A DNA stretch of 64,000 nucleotides from Eukaryota sp. TZLM1-RC (Eukaryota; Protista; Metamonada: BaSk clade). The stretch spans positions 248,001 to 312,000 of the forward strand of contig JAUPSS010000001.1 in assembly GCA_040285825.1 (NCBI GenBank). Direction: 5' to 3'. Positions 22,060 through 33,824 of the stretch are shown one piece after another. Numbering within the stretch: position 1 is the stretch's first letter; each line of letters begins with the position of its first letter. The notes beneath the pieces were generated by a model, which was not told the origin of the DNA, made no database searches, and saw nothing but the letters and a program-made list of their open reading frames with translations. The position numbers were made by a program, and so were the translations under genes.

Positions 22060-24430
22060 TTACAATAAGTGAATCATTATCTTGTATTCTTGATTCAGCT
22101 GTGTTTGGTAGGATTGGTAAAAAAGCTGAAGATTTTTCAGTCCTTTTGAATTTAGAATTAAAACAGTTGATGGTGCATCTTCTGCGACACTCTCTTCGGA
22201 TGTTTTTTTTACATCAAGTAATTCGATTTATATTTTCAATTTATATTTCAAAACCACTTTTGATGAAGGGAAGAGGTCATCGAACTTGCCTTTGCTCCAA
22301 AATCATTTGGCGGCAACTGAGTCGTTTTGAATCTGAATTTTGGGTTTTTGGTTGTTATTTAGGCAATTTTGATGAAACTCGAAATCATTTTTCCTCTCTT
22401 TAAGCAAAATAGCTATTGTTCTTTTAGATATGGATTGTTCGGAAAAACATCTTAAATTCTTCATTTCTCACAATTTCCCACAATTGGTTATTTAGGGAAA
22501 TTTACTCATGTCCTACGATCAACCTCGCCATCTATATCTCTCGGCTTTTGCTGAATTTTTATTGAATTAAGAACAAATTTTTTTGGCTAAGTTGCTTGAC
22601 ACTGATTCTACTTTTTTACGTAGTCATATTTTTTGTAGCACAGAATTAGGAGGCATAGATTTTCATAAATCTAAATATTTGTGTAAATCTGCATTTATTG
22701 GTGGAGGAAAAAATTTCGTTTTTGAATTTCTAAAACGTTTTCCTGAAAACCAACATTTAATAGAACACTGTGTGAGTGATTATTTAGTGTCTTTGCAGAA
22801 TCAAATTGAATGCCTTTCTCCTCACATCTGGTCCAAATGCTTTCCTGCCGATATATAAGAAATTCCACCCAGAAGTTTGGTTTCCTTTAGCATACGCCAA
22901 ATTGCAGAAAAACGTATTAAAACTTTTTAAAAACTTGGACTTTATTGTTCGTTCTGGCTTGGCTAAGGAAAAGAATCCCGTTTTTGCCATTTTTTTAATT
23001 GATCTTAAGGAAAATAGCTCAAGTTGACTCATTTCCCAACTTTCCGATGCTTTTGGTCTATTGTTAAATGACCATCAATGAACAACTGCCCTAAGAATGA
23101 GGTGTTTTCTGTGGCCATGCAGTGTGCCAAATGATTTGATTTGTCGTTGTGGTCAGCTTATTAAATTGAATCATCTATTTAATTGCAAATTTCGCTCAGT
23201 TGTTCATGATGCTTTTAGAGACCAACTGTATGCCATGTACAAAAGCCACCATATTGAAGCTTTTGTTGAACCACTTGTGCGTAAATTGTCACCGGAAAAT
23301 GAAGATGATAATACTTTCGGGAAACGGCATGTTGATTTAATTACTCCTGGGTCTGGTGGTGTGATCAATGTTTATGTTGTCACTGTTGATGTTTGTAAAG
23401 AATCAGCAATTGATTTGCTAAAAAAGATGAAACTCCACTTTGCTTTGCTGAAAAGAGCAACATCAAATAGTACAAGGAGTCCTTATCTCAGCTAGGACGT
23501 GTTGAGCATGTAAAATATGAGCTGGTTCCATTTGCGGTTTCTCTTTTTGGTAACATTGGAATACCTGATATTAAATTTCATGAAGGTTTCAGTTTAGAGT
23601 TGCACAAAATACGTCACCACACTTAGGCGACATCGTGGCGACGTTGCCGTGATGTCACTAATTTATCTATCTTTACCTAATCATCTTTTTCCTTTTTTTT
23701 GGGTATTTCAATTCCAATTGATTCAATTCTTTGATTTACATAACAATCATTCCACTTTTTTCATAACATCTATTTCCATTTGATCAGCAAATCAACTCAA
23801 CGTCAATGGGACAAATTAAAAATCATCCCAGCACCCTAATCTTGTATTTTCTTCCCATATCGGTGTCCTAAAACCGGTTGCCCCACTTCCTCCCGGTTGC
23901 AAAAGCCCGAAAGATCCCGAAGTTCTATTAAGTCACGAGTGAGATAATGACTTTTTTTTGTTCACAGCAATATTCGTTTGCTTCGTGAAATGAAAGGTCA
24001 ATCCTTCTGCCTAAAAACATGATAGATGAAGAACAAGAGTTACAATATTGAATTTTTGATGTCTTTATAATTGTTGGTTTCTTTATCTTGATATGTGTTT
24101 CAGTTTGAGTAAAACTTGTTGAGACATAGTTTATTAGCATTATTGAGAAACAATTAAAATGAGTTGACAAAGATGAGGTGACGTGACTTTCCAGGCGACG
24201 TCGTGGTGATGGTGTTGTAGCGTGCAACTCTATTTCAGATGTTTAATAAAGCAAACAGCAGGAAAAGAGCTGAACTTTAATTCCTGGCACACCAGAATTG
24301 TTTTCAGTATTCTTAAAGCAATTCCCGAAATGATAACCAATGCACTGTGATAATTAGGAATACAGTATGAAAATGGCGCACTGAAGAGATGAGATGGTGT
24401 TGATGCGTGTGATAAGGAAATTGAGTTCTA
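22060..24430 (+). mobile_element. Degenerate RLE-type (CRE/R2-group) non-LTR retrotransposon, interrupted by a MITE
   Basis: Fragments GGIDFHKSKYLCK, C.CG...HLFNC, HDAFRDQLY and KRHVDLITP are homologous to 45016-47271 and 50385-51030. Confidence 0.85.
23595..24232. mobile_element. Non-autonomous hAT-type element (MITE), 638 bp
   Basis: Perfect 11-bp TIR TAGAGTTGCAC (23595-23605) / GTGCAACTCTA (24222-24232), 8-bp TSD TTTCAGTT/TTTCAGAT (7/8 match) and subterminal GGCGAC/GTGAC repeats. Removing it restores the retro ORF (EGFRCLIKQ.AGKELNF). Confidence 0.88.
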
Positions 24431-25584
24431 GTTTTTTGTTTAATTGTTTTGTTTGCGTTTCGAAATAAATAAATATATTTAAAATTTTTTCTGAAAAAAG
24501 TGAAAATGGTATTAAATTTTATGATTTATATAAAAAGGTAAGGAATTGTTATACATGAACATTAGTCAAAATCTGCCTTGTTTGAACAATGTGAAACAGC
24601 GAAAAGTTTGGAAAACTATTGAATGATAAACTGTGCTGAGTGACACAGGGATATTCAGTTTATATTCATATCTATTTCAACTTTTCTGGTTTCAAAATCT
24701 TTGAGAAAGAGATTTGGATTGAAAACAATTGGGACAGAAGCAAAATAATACAACCAGAAAAATTGAATAGAACTTTTGTTACTTTTTCAGGAAAACATTG
24801 CATTCAAACATTAATTTGCAAGTTTCTTATATTGAACCATGAACTCCACCGTTTTTTGTTGAAAAGTTATCCACATATTAGAATTATAATTAAAAATTTG
24901 TTATAAGCAGAGCTGTTTATTCTTATATTGACCACAACCCCTCAAATAACATTGACATGAGTTGAATAAAATGGGGATATATCCGAATATGACCACACTA
25001 TGGTTCAGTTCAATGAAGAACAACTCGCCATTAATTTTACTCACAAAATACTGATAAAATATTGAACGCGAAATTTGGAAGCCTTGATAATGCGTACCCA
25101 ATTAGAAAAGTTGCTGCAAGAACTTCGTGACATATTTTCAGTGGCACTACTGTGAAATAATACTTTAATAGGATATTTTTGATACAGACTCCCTAATTTG
25201 ATGGTGGAACAGTGCTAATTTATTAGTGACGGTGATTGGGAATCTCTTGAACCATTTTCTGGCAGTCGCTCAGCAAAATTCTCCTGCTCCTGGATACAGG
25301 TTTCTATTTATGCAAAAATGGGAAAGCAATAAAAACCAACTGTTGGTTCCCATCAGCATTAGCTTCATTGATGTAGACAAATTTAGGTGTGAGTGATAGA
25401 ATATAAATAACTCTTTTTTCAGTAACTGAAGGATCTACCCGTCCTATCAGGCCTAGCTGTAGGCAAGTATTCACACAATAGTGCTCATTTTGAAACTGAA
25501 ATTTGCTTTTAGGAAGGGAATTTCTCCAGCGATCATCCAAAAAACCTCAACATTGTCTAATCTTGATTATATGCTCTTTACACA

Positions 25585-27943
25585 ATGAATCACTGGGAAG
25601 ACTCCAAGGAAAATATGGCACCTACGCGACTGGGTCGCAACCCCGATCTTTCTGTTTCAGACTTATCTCATGAGCATCAAGAATTGATTAATCAGTTTGA
25701 GTTTGATATTGCAGACAGCACAAACGAGGACTCTTTAGCTTCATGGACTCGTTACATTAATTGGACCAAGAACACTTTCCCTAATAGACCAGAAATGCTT
25801 ACTTCTCTCTTAGAACGTGTAACAGATTCACTTAAGGACATCAAGATGTATGCCAATGATCGTAGATACATCATTTTGTGGATTCAATATGTATGAGCCA
25901 TTCATTAATAACTAAGCAAAGGCAGATCTGTGTTCTGATGCCCGTGATGTCTTCCGCTATATGCGTAATAAGGAAATTGGTCTAGACCTGGCTATTTTCT
26001 GGGAAGCTTTTGCTTTAGTCTGTGAAAACTATCATGATCACTCCGCTATCCATGAAATATTCCAAGAAGGAATTTCCAGGGGAGCCCACCCAGTAGAAAG
26101 GCTTCGGAGGAAGTACTCTGAGTATCAAGTTCGCTTTCCCAATGTTCCTCAACCTACTCGTCGTCATCCCATCTCCTCCAGCTCTCAACCATTCTCTTTA
26201 CAATCTTCATCCAACCCCGCACCCTTCCAGGTATATGAGGATGATGACTCTGAGAAAATTTCCTTCCCAAAGCCAGACTGGAGAGAACTGGGTGGGGCTA
26301 GGGAGAGAAATAGGGAGAATGAGGGTTTGAAAAGTAGATGGACTGATGTTGGGCCATTCCCTCAGAAAATAAATACAGGAAAAAGGGAATCATTTAAAAT
26401 ATTTGAAGATAATCCAGAAGGTCAAAAAGGTGACAAGAAGGGATCAAAGTCAAAGAAAGTCAATACAGAAGTTCTTTCTTTTGACCTAACCCAATTGTAC
26501 AACAGCAACGGCGATGAATTTTCATTTGAAGAACTTCGATCAATGCTGCCTTGCTACACTATATCCCCAGCTACCCCAGTCATGGAAAGTCAAGATGATG
26601 ACGTGGCAATGTCTCCTGCCTTGGAAAAACCTCCATCCCCTACCATCAATACCAAAGCTGCTTTAAATGATGTTCTGAAAATGTTTTCTTCTCCAATTAT
26701 TTCCCAGGACCAGAATCCTAAACCAAATGAAAACCAAGTGAATGATTGGAGTAATTTTAATTCACATGCTTCCGAATTTGATGTATTCGAAGATCCCGCA
26801 GTTACCGTTAATATTAAACCCCCATCAAGTTCAAAAAGGAAAGTTTTGACCCAGAAGTCGGAAGTAGACCACAATCAAATTCAATCACATGGTGTCGTCC
26901 GTGTCACTTCCAAAGCCGAAGTTGATCTTCAGCTAAAAAAGTCAATTGAATTCCTTCAAAACAGACCTGATTTTGAGCTTGTCAATGAAAGTATGCCGCA
27001 TTTCTGCATTGGTCAAGATTTTTCAATTAGTTCAAGATTCCTCATGATTAGAGCAGTGTTAGGCTCTGGAATCTTTGCCACAGTTTATGATGTTTTGGTT
27101 GAGAATGAAGTTGAAAATCCTGCTGATTGGGAACAAGATGGTATAGTAGCGATGAAGGTGGGCAAAGATCTCAGCCCTTTAGAATATTACGTTATGGTGA
27201 AGCTATCCGATTCTCTCCCCATTAACGTTTTGCCTAAAGTTTTAATTCCTCTGCACTTTACCCAGTTTTCTTGTGGTGGAGGAGCTCTTTTTTCAGAGCT
27301 TCATCCTCATGGTACAATTCAATCTATGATTAGCAGAATAAGGCAAGGGGGCGAGGTGTTGGATGAAACCTTGATTCTGTTTTTTGCCTCTGAAATGCTG
27401 TTTGTACTGGAACATTTGATGAAATTTAGAATAATGCACTGTGATATTAAACCAGATAATTGGCTGTTATCTTTATCTGCCGATAATTTGAGGTCTTATA
27501 CGTGGCTTGCTGACCGTTCAGGTGGTTGGGATTCTTATGGATTGGTTTTAGCTGATTTTGGCTCTGCTATTGACCATTCTTTTTACCATATTAATTCCAA
27601 ATTCACTGGAAATGTCTGTGCTTCAGGATTTGCTCATCCAAAGATTGAAGAGGGCTCTCCATGGGGTTTTGAGGTTGATTGGTTTGCAGCAGCTGGATGC
27701 ATACATGTTCTTTTATTTGGAGATTATATGGCATTGAATCAAAGCAATGGAAATTATTTTATTAAAAACACTTTTAAAAGATATTGGCAACGAGAATTAT
27801 GGAAAAAAGTATTCGATAATTTATTAAACAATCAATCAGATGGATTGGCTGTTGCACGTGAGTTGATTGACACAGAATTGGAAACCAGAAGTAAGAAAAT
27901 TTACCCACTTTTAAGTAGGTTGGTGGTTCGACTTTTATCTTAA
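25585..27943 (+). CDS. BUB1: Spindle checkpoint kinase Bub1/MadBub; exons 25585-25890 and 25922-27943
   Basis: KEN box (WEDSKENMAP), TPR region, ABBA motifs (FQVYED, FKIFED, FDVFED), GLEBS (EFSFEELR), CD1 (SPTINTKAALNDV..MFS) and kinase domain (HCDIKPDN, DFG, FKRYW). Splicing a 31-nt GTATGA...AAG intron restores WIQY-ADLCSDARDVFRYM. Confidence 0.92.
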
Positions 27944-28060
27944 TTTAAAAAAATAAAATAATAAATAATACAATATTTACATCAAAAAAATAAATTGAAA
28001 AATATAGAGAAATACCATAAAATATAAGTAATGTACCAATAAGTTATATAATATTTACAA

Positions 28061-29881
28061 TTAGTTAGTAGATTGCTGGGCTAAATTTATAAGATTTTCA
28101 ACAGAAAGAGTGTCGGTAAGATTACAAGGAATTCCATAAATTAACTTGAGAAAATAGCCACAAAGAGTTATACAAAAAACATTCTTGCTATCCTTCAATT
28201 CAGTAATCATTTTTAAAGAATTAATTTGCATTGACTTGTATTCATTCAAAAACCGCGAATCAAATTGTCGTTCTTTAAATTTTTGAATTCTATGAGAATC
28301 GAGAAATTCAAGATCAGTTTCAATAACAACGAATACTGTATTTTTCAGCAGCGATAATAGACGGAGATCTGGAATCCATCCAATGAAAAAAGTATGGCAT
28401 AATGATGAATTATAAATTGAAATTAATCTCTTTGTTTGAACTTCTAATTTGCTCAAAAAGCGACTTCCTGAGGAAAACTCAACACCCAAATCAAGAATAG
28501 TATCAAAATCAATCAATTTTTGACCTAATAAACGATTGAGATAACGTGTCAAGAATGATTTACGACTTCCTGGAGGCGCCAAGAACAAAACTGATTTACC
28601 TTCAGAGACTAAGTCAAAAAGGGCTTGATAAGTGTTGGAAAAACAAAAGGAACATAAACGACTGGAAACCGAATGATTATTGATTGGAGTTGTTGACTGG
28701 CAACTGATCGAATTAATGATCGAATCAGCTCGTGACCTACAACGTGATCTAGGAATTGATTGCTTAAAATTTGATTGACCCCCAACTAATGTTTTGATTG
28801 ACATTGAACTCGAGACTATTGATATAGGCAAGAAATTGGTTAATTTTCCATTCTCTACCAAAAGATTTAAGTTATTTGAAACTTTAACCACTGAAACACA
28901 ACTATTTAAAATGGAAGATTTTTTGATAAAGATCAAATCAAATTCTAAAACGTTATGCACAATTGAAAAATTAATTTCCTTTAGTTTAAACAAGAAACTT
29001 GCATCAAAGACAAATCCAAAAGGAACAAAATAATGATTTTGATTGGATGTTTGATCGGATTTGGCAATTGCTACCAAGGTGATAGGTAATTCATAATGAT
29101 TCAAAACATTTGATTGGTCAACAGTGGTCAAACAAGATTTGACGAGAAGGTCCTTCACGACAAATCGATTGATTGGATCAGACTTCAACTGGGTCGTCAG
29201 ATCATGAACTGACATAAAGTAATCATCAGCAAGAATTTTTAACTGCACATCACAATCGGATAGAAGGTCAAAAATACCAATCAAATCATTGAAAGTTAGA
29301 CGTTTTCTACAACTGATTGCTGATCCTGGACGAATGTCACCTGAAAATCTTCTTACATTGCTACCAGGCCTTTTCCCCTTGACTACAGGGCCAACATCAT
29401 AAATAGAGCTCAGAGGGAGGGAGAGGACAAGGTATATATGTTGAGTAGGGTTAATGGAAAGAAGCGGGAGATCAGAAGGGTTGATTGCAGCGTAATGAGT
29501 GATTTTGGGGTAAAAGCAAAAGTACCAAGAATTCACAAGAAGTTTTTGGAAAGATTCAGGAGAAAACAACAAGAGGGGATAAGGTGAAGTAACGTTGGAG
29601 GGTTTGGAGTTGATGATAACATGGTGAAGATCAGCTGAAAGAGGGAGAAACAAGGAAGTTGAGAAGGAAACTTTTGTCAGATGAGAATGGCTAGAGTACC
29701 AATTGAGAGAAATACATTGACTGGTAATTGTGATTTGATTGAGTGGGTCGCTTTGGATTAAATCTGTTAGGGAGTATTTATCGTAGTGTTCTAATAAAGG
29801 AAGAGATAAGATTTTATCAAAGGTACAAAGGTCCTGATGTGTAACTGATCCAAGATAATTGAGAAGAAGGCGATATGCCAT
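28061..29881 (-). CDS. Hypothetical protein with a C-terminal degenerate P-loop/nucleoside-kinase-like region
   Basis: 606-aa ORF. SVLFLAPPGSRKSFL resembles a Walker A with the pre-Lys Gly replaced by Arg. Confidence 0.6.
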   Translation of the reverse strand: MAYRLLLNYLGSVTHQDLCTFDKILSLPLLEHYDKYSLTDLIQSDPLNQITITSQCISLNWYSSHSHLTKVSFSTSLFLPLSADLHHVIINSKPSNVTSPYPLLLFSPESFQKLLVNSWYFCFYPKITHYAAINPSDLPLLSINPTQHIYLVLSLPLSSIYDVGPVVKGKRPGSNVRRFSGDIRPGSAISCRKRLTFNDLIGIFDLLSDCDVQLKILADDYFMSVHDLTTQLKSDPINRFVVKDLLVKSCLTTVDQSNVLNHYELPITLVAIAKSDQTSNQNHYFVPFGFVFDASFLFKLKEINFSIVHNVLEFDLIFIKKSSILNSCVSVVKVSNNLNLLVENGKLTNFLPISIVSSSMSIKTLVGGQSNFKQSIPRSRCRSRADSIINSISCQSTTPINNHSVSSRLCSFCFSNTYQALFDLVSEGKSVLFLAPPGSRKSFLTRYLNRLLGQKLIDFDTILDLGVEFSSGSRFLSKLEVQTKRLISIYNSSLCHTFFIGWIPDLRLLSLLKNTVFVVIETDLEFLDSHRIQKFKERQFDSRFLNEYKSMQINSLKMITELKDSKNVFCITLCGYFLKLIYGIPCNLTDTLSVENLINLAQQSTN

Positions 29882-29979
29882 CAGTTCACATCTATGGCTC
29901 TATAAAACTGTGATTTCTGTTGTGGTATTGCTTCTTGGGAGACTTTCTCAATAAGTGGTAGAACAAAACAAAAACAGTA

Positions 29980-31116
29980 ATGACAGCTTTAAATGTCAAA
30001 ATGCTTCAACCTCTTGTATATATCTTCTGTATCATAGTCCCATTCTGTCTAGCAGAACATCAATGTACAATCATTGACCTGTATTTTCACTACTTTTCTA
30101 TTCCACCTGGTTTGCATGCTGACATTCCTTCAGATACACCCTCTGATGTAGAAGTTCTCCCACTACACCAGCCCACAGTACTCACTAATACCAGCACAAA
30201 GGCCACTAGTCAAACAAATTTTGCTGCTGAAGAGTTTGGTGCGAAGATCCTCTCCTTTGCTCCAGACAAAACTAAAGGTGCTAAAAATATATTATCAACC
30301 AACAGAGATAAGTATTTATTGGTCCCTTGTTCTTCTCAATTGGTAGTTGACGTTGAACTTTCAGAAGAGATTTTTATTACAAATGTTGCAATTTCATCAT
30401 TTGAGTTCTATTCAGGGGCACCTTCCACTATACGCATATTAACCACTCGACAGCCATTATCAGATAAAACTTCAACCCCCTTTTCATTGGAGGATTCCAT
30501 CAAGGCAGGATGGGTAGACTTTGGTGTGTTCAATATCTCTACACGCCATGGAAGTGACTCTGTTGACATTCCTTATCCTTGTTGGGGTAAAGTTATTCGG
30601 ATTGTGGTTCTTGATTGGTCTGTAAACCGACATCACCTTTGTACAGTCTCTTATCTCAAGGTATCTGGTTCTACGCCATTAGAACACTTCAAGGTAGAGC
30701 TAGCTGAATCTCTAGAACAAAGTAAGACTTCGAGTTCAGCCGTGGCCTTCCTCAATGCTTCCCTGCACCAAGTTATCAACAGAGAAGCCACATTTACTGC
30801 CAAGCTCAACCAACTTGAAGCAACTGTGATTGCTCAACGCCAACATCTAGAGCTGGTATTGGAGCAGGTAAACGAGCTAAAAGTTTTGGTCAATGGTCTC
30901 AATACCAGTTCTCCTTGGTCAGGGTTTGGAGTTGGTGTTTCCTTTGTTTCAGTAGCTATCGTGTTTGTGTTTGTTGCAAGTTTGTGCTTTGTGGTGTTGC
31001 TTTCTCTTGTCTGTCCAAAGAGCTTCGATATATCCAGATCTCCTACACCATCGCCTGTTCATCCCACAAGAATAATAGAACAAAAAGTACTACATAGAAG
31101 AAGTAAATCAAGGTGA
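29980..31116 (+). CDS. Mid-SUN domain protein (Slp1/SUCO-like)
   Basis: Signal/TM N-terminus, NFAAEEFGAKIL...GAKNIL..NRDKYLL.PC...VELSEEI...FEFYS, CTVSYLKVSG, then a coiled coil and a C-terminal TM helix. Confidence 0.85.
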   Translation: MTALNVKMLQPLVYIFCIIVPFCLAEHQCTIIDLYFHYFSIPPGLHADIPSDTPSDVEVLPLHQPTVLTNTSTKATSQTNFAAEEFGAKILSFAPDKTKGAKNILSTNRDKYLLVPCSSQLVVDVELSEEIFITNVAISSFEFYSGAPSTIRILTTRQPLSDKTSTPFSLEDSIKAGWVDFGVFNISTRHGSDSVDIPYPCWGKVIRIVVLDWSVNRHHLCTVSYLKVSGSTPLEHFKVELAESLEQSKTSSSAVAFLNASLHQVINREATFTAKLNQLEATVIAQRQHLELVLEQVNELKVLVNGLNTSSPWSGFGVGVSFVSVAIVFVFVASLCFVVLLSLVCPKSFDISRSPTPSPVHPTRIIEQKVLHRRSKSR

Positions 31117-31149
31117 TTGTGGTATTAATTAATTTATTACAAGATCAAC

Positions 31150-31875
31150 TTAATATTGGCTATTATCAACTACTCTAGCGATCAACACAAACAATCGTTG
31201 AATTTTATCATTTTTACAATCATTAACTTTTTCTGGACTTAACACTACCATTAACATCAACTCAATAAATTCCATCTTTTCGTCATCATTTAAAGTACAT
31301 TCTTCCAAAAAGACACAGGCTAAAAGTAGTTCAGGTAATGTTGTATCGGTGGTAATATCAACATATTGGGATTCAATGACTCTTTCAGCAGCTTCTTGTG
31401 TACATTGAAACTGTTCAGCATTGGGTTGTTTGTGATGAACGAGGGAGTCAGTATGAGCTAGCCTCCACCCATGACCTACTTTGAAGGTGAAAAGTTGAGG
31501 GTCAAACCTCACAAGCCCATAGTTTTGTGAATAAATGAAAAGCCAAGTAGCAGCCAGACTTCTAATGGTAGATGAGTAATGACGATTGAGAAAGGAAGGA
31601 TCAGTCTGTGTTAGTTCAGTCCAGGTTGACCCTGTCCGCTCCAGTATGATAAAATAATAACCAAAGGAGGAATCGTAGAAATGATCAACCATGTTAACTA
31701 AATACTTTGATCTCAATTGTTGATAGAGATGAACGGCACGTTTATATGAGAGTTCGTCATCGTATAATTTGGCAGAAATGGCCTGATTTTGAAAAGATCC
31801 TGGTACAACGTCATTGATGTCTTTGAAATCTGTGTAAAGTTGATACTTATGATTGACCCGAACAGTACTGGACAT
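31150..31875 (-). CDS. Kinase-like (probable pseudokinase) hypothetical protein
   Basis: N-lobe-like SAKLY....YKRAV.LY..LRSKYLV.M.D.F....YFIILE; no recognisable HRD/DFG. Upstream ORF pieces at 31945-32299 may belong to it. Confidence 0.45.
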   Translation of the reverse strand: MSSTVRVNHKYQLYTDFKDINDVVPGSFQNQAISAKLYDDELSYKRAVHLYQQLRSKYLVNMVDHFYDSSFGYYFIILERTGSTWTELTQTDPSFLNRHYSSTIRSLAATWLFIYSQNYGLVRFDPQLFTFKVGHGWRLAHTDSLVHHKQPNAEQFQCTQEAAERVIESQYVDITTDTTLPELLLACVFLEECTLNDDEKMEFIELMLMVVLSPEKVNDCKNDKIQRLFVLIARVVDNSQY

Positions 31876-32950
31876 CCGGTATGAGCAGACAATTAGGGGT
31901 AGTGGGGTATTAGTCTGTCAAATCCATTCTTCAAACTCCAGACACTATTGAGCTACATGGTTTAAGATATTTTCTTCTACAGAGATCTTCGTGACTACTC
32001 TCTGATTAGTTCCCCTCTGTCTTCTTTTAGCACTCGATGAGGATGTGCTTGTTTCAGGAACTTGCGATGGACTGTTTCTTCTGTTGTGGTCTTCTCTGCG
32101 ACATACATCTTCTTGGTTTTTTGTCCTTCTCAGCAGTCTTCTTTTTCTGATCTCTCTGTGAGGTAGATGATCCATTTTTGAAATCTTTTTTGATTTCCTT
32201 ATAAATTGAAAATATAATGTTGTTTTGCCAATAAGCCCTATTGAAAATTCTGCCAGTCCTTTCCTTTACAACAACACTGAAATCTTCATTGAATTCCACT
32301 CCACCCTTATTTAAATAACTGACACAAAAACATAGGGATGTAAATTATATTGTACATGAGAATTTTCACTAACACAAGAAGTAGGTTTTGTATATTATGA
32401 ACAATTTCGTATTTGTCCCAGCAAGAAGTGAGCTTTTGACATCAAAATTGTTTGAATGTTTATTAGATGAATTACAAGGTTGAATATACATAGAATCTAA
32501 ATTGATGAAGCGTCCAGTTAGGCCAAATATCAACCAAATCAGCCCGTGGAAGCTCTATTGTAATTCTTCTATTTTCATGAGAGTCATTTTGGCAAATTTT
32601 AGTAATATCACTAAAGGAAAACAAGATCAACTCTTGAAGTAGCTTTCCATGTTTATAGCAACAACATTTTAATAATTGTAAATGTACAAAAATACTTTCA
32701 CAGCAATATAATAATTATGTGCTTCTTTGTATTCACTTCTGACCCAGAAGTTGTGAGTGTCAGCAGAAAAATGAGCCAAAAAGAATTTAACCATTTAGAT
32801 TAAAAACAGTAAAGATATAAAAGTGAATTGACAATTTACACAACAGGTGAAAGAGAAATAATATACAGAATAGAAGCCTACTACAGGTTCAAAAACAAAA
32901 AAACGCCAAAATGATAAAAAACAATTAGACAAAGCAGATTAAAACTCAAA

Positions 32951-33184
32951 TCACTTCTTCTTGGCTATTCTTGCAGCGAGTTTAGCTTGAAGGTTCATAA
33001 CTGTACTCTGTCTTAGAGGAAGTGCCTGAGTAGGAGGCGTAGTCCCATCATCAGAAGATGATTCAGTTGAAACAAAAAACCTCTGTACAACCTTGCTCAA
33101 TGATTGAAATTCGTCACTTTTGAGAAAGCCTATGAAAGTTACAAAGCACACAAAGAGAAGTGGATAAAGCAACCAACCAAACAT
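32951..33184 (-). CDS. Small membrane-anchored hypothetical protein
   Basis: 77 aa with an N-terminal hydrophobic helix and basic C-terminus, followed by an AT-rich 3' region. Confidence 0.5.
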   Translation of the reverse strand: MFGWLLYPLLFVCFVTFIGFLKSDEFQSLSKVVQRFFVSTESSSDDGTTPPTQALPLRQSTVMNLQAKLAARIAKKK

Positions 33185-33254
33185 GTTTCTGGATTTTTGT
33201 CCTTCATTAATTTCAAGTCTTTTGTTGTATGTTTCGGTTTCTTGGTGACTGTTG

Positions 33255-33650
33255 AAATGATGTCAATTCAGTTCTGCTACTGATTTGTACTTGTGTACAA
33301 AGAAGGAAGATCATTACCACCTGATCCCTCAATTCTTTGATGAATACTAATCTTAGTTTAATTTTTGACCAGTTTCAACGGATACTTTGTGTCACAGCCT
33401 GATGTATGTTTACGAACTGTTCTGAAAGACATGATGTCAATTCAGTTCTGCTACCGATTTGCACAAATGTGTAAAACAGGAAGATCATTACCACCTGATC
33501 GTTTTTTGTTTCACAGAATTTCTTACTTCAGACTGTCGTTCACGATGTATTCCATTTGATGTATGTTGTTTTCTGAAAATCAGTGTGATGTTTATTCAGT
33601 TCTGCTTCTGAAGTGACCACATTAAGGAAGATTACTACCGCCTGACTTCA
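33255..33650. repeat. Degenerate ~160-175 bp tandem repeat (3 units)
   Basis: Recurring TGATGT(C/T)(A/T)ATTCAGTTCTGC...GGAAGAT(C/T)A(T/C)TACC at ~33258, ~33431 and ~33586. Confidence 0.65.
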
Positions 33651-33824
33651 CATTTTTCCGAATATCTCACTATAGTTTTTTTGTAACATAACGTTTTATT
33701 AGTTAATGTAATAAATCAAATGTATTTGAACGGGCTGATTATGATGTGGCAGTTGAAATATTAATTTAGGTTTTGTGGTTAACGGAGTGATTATATTACA
33801 CAAAAGATTCTGAAACAAACAATA

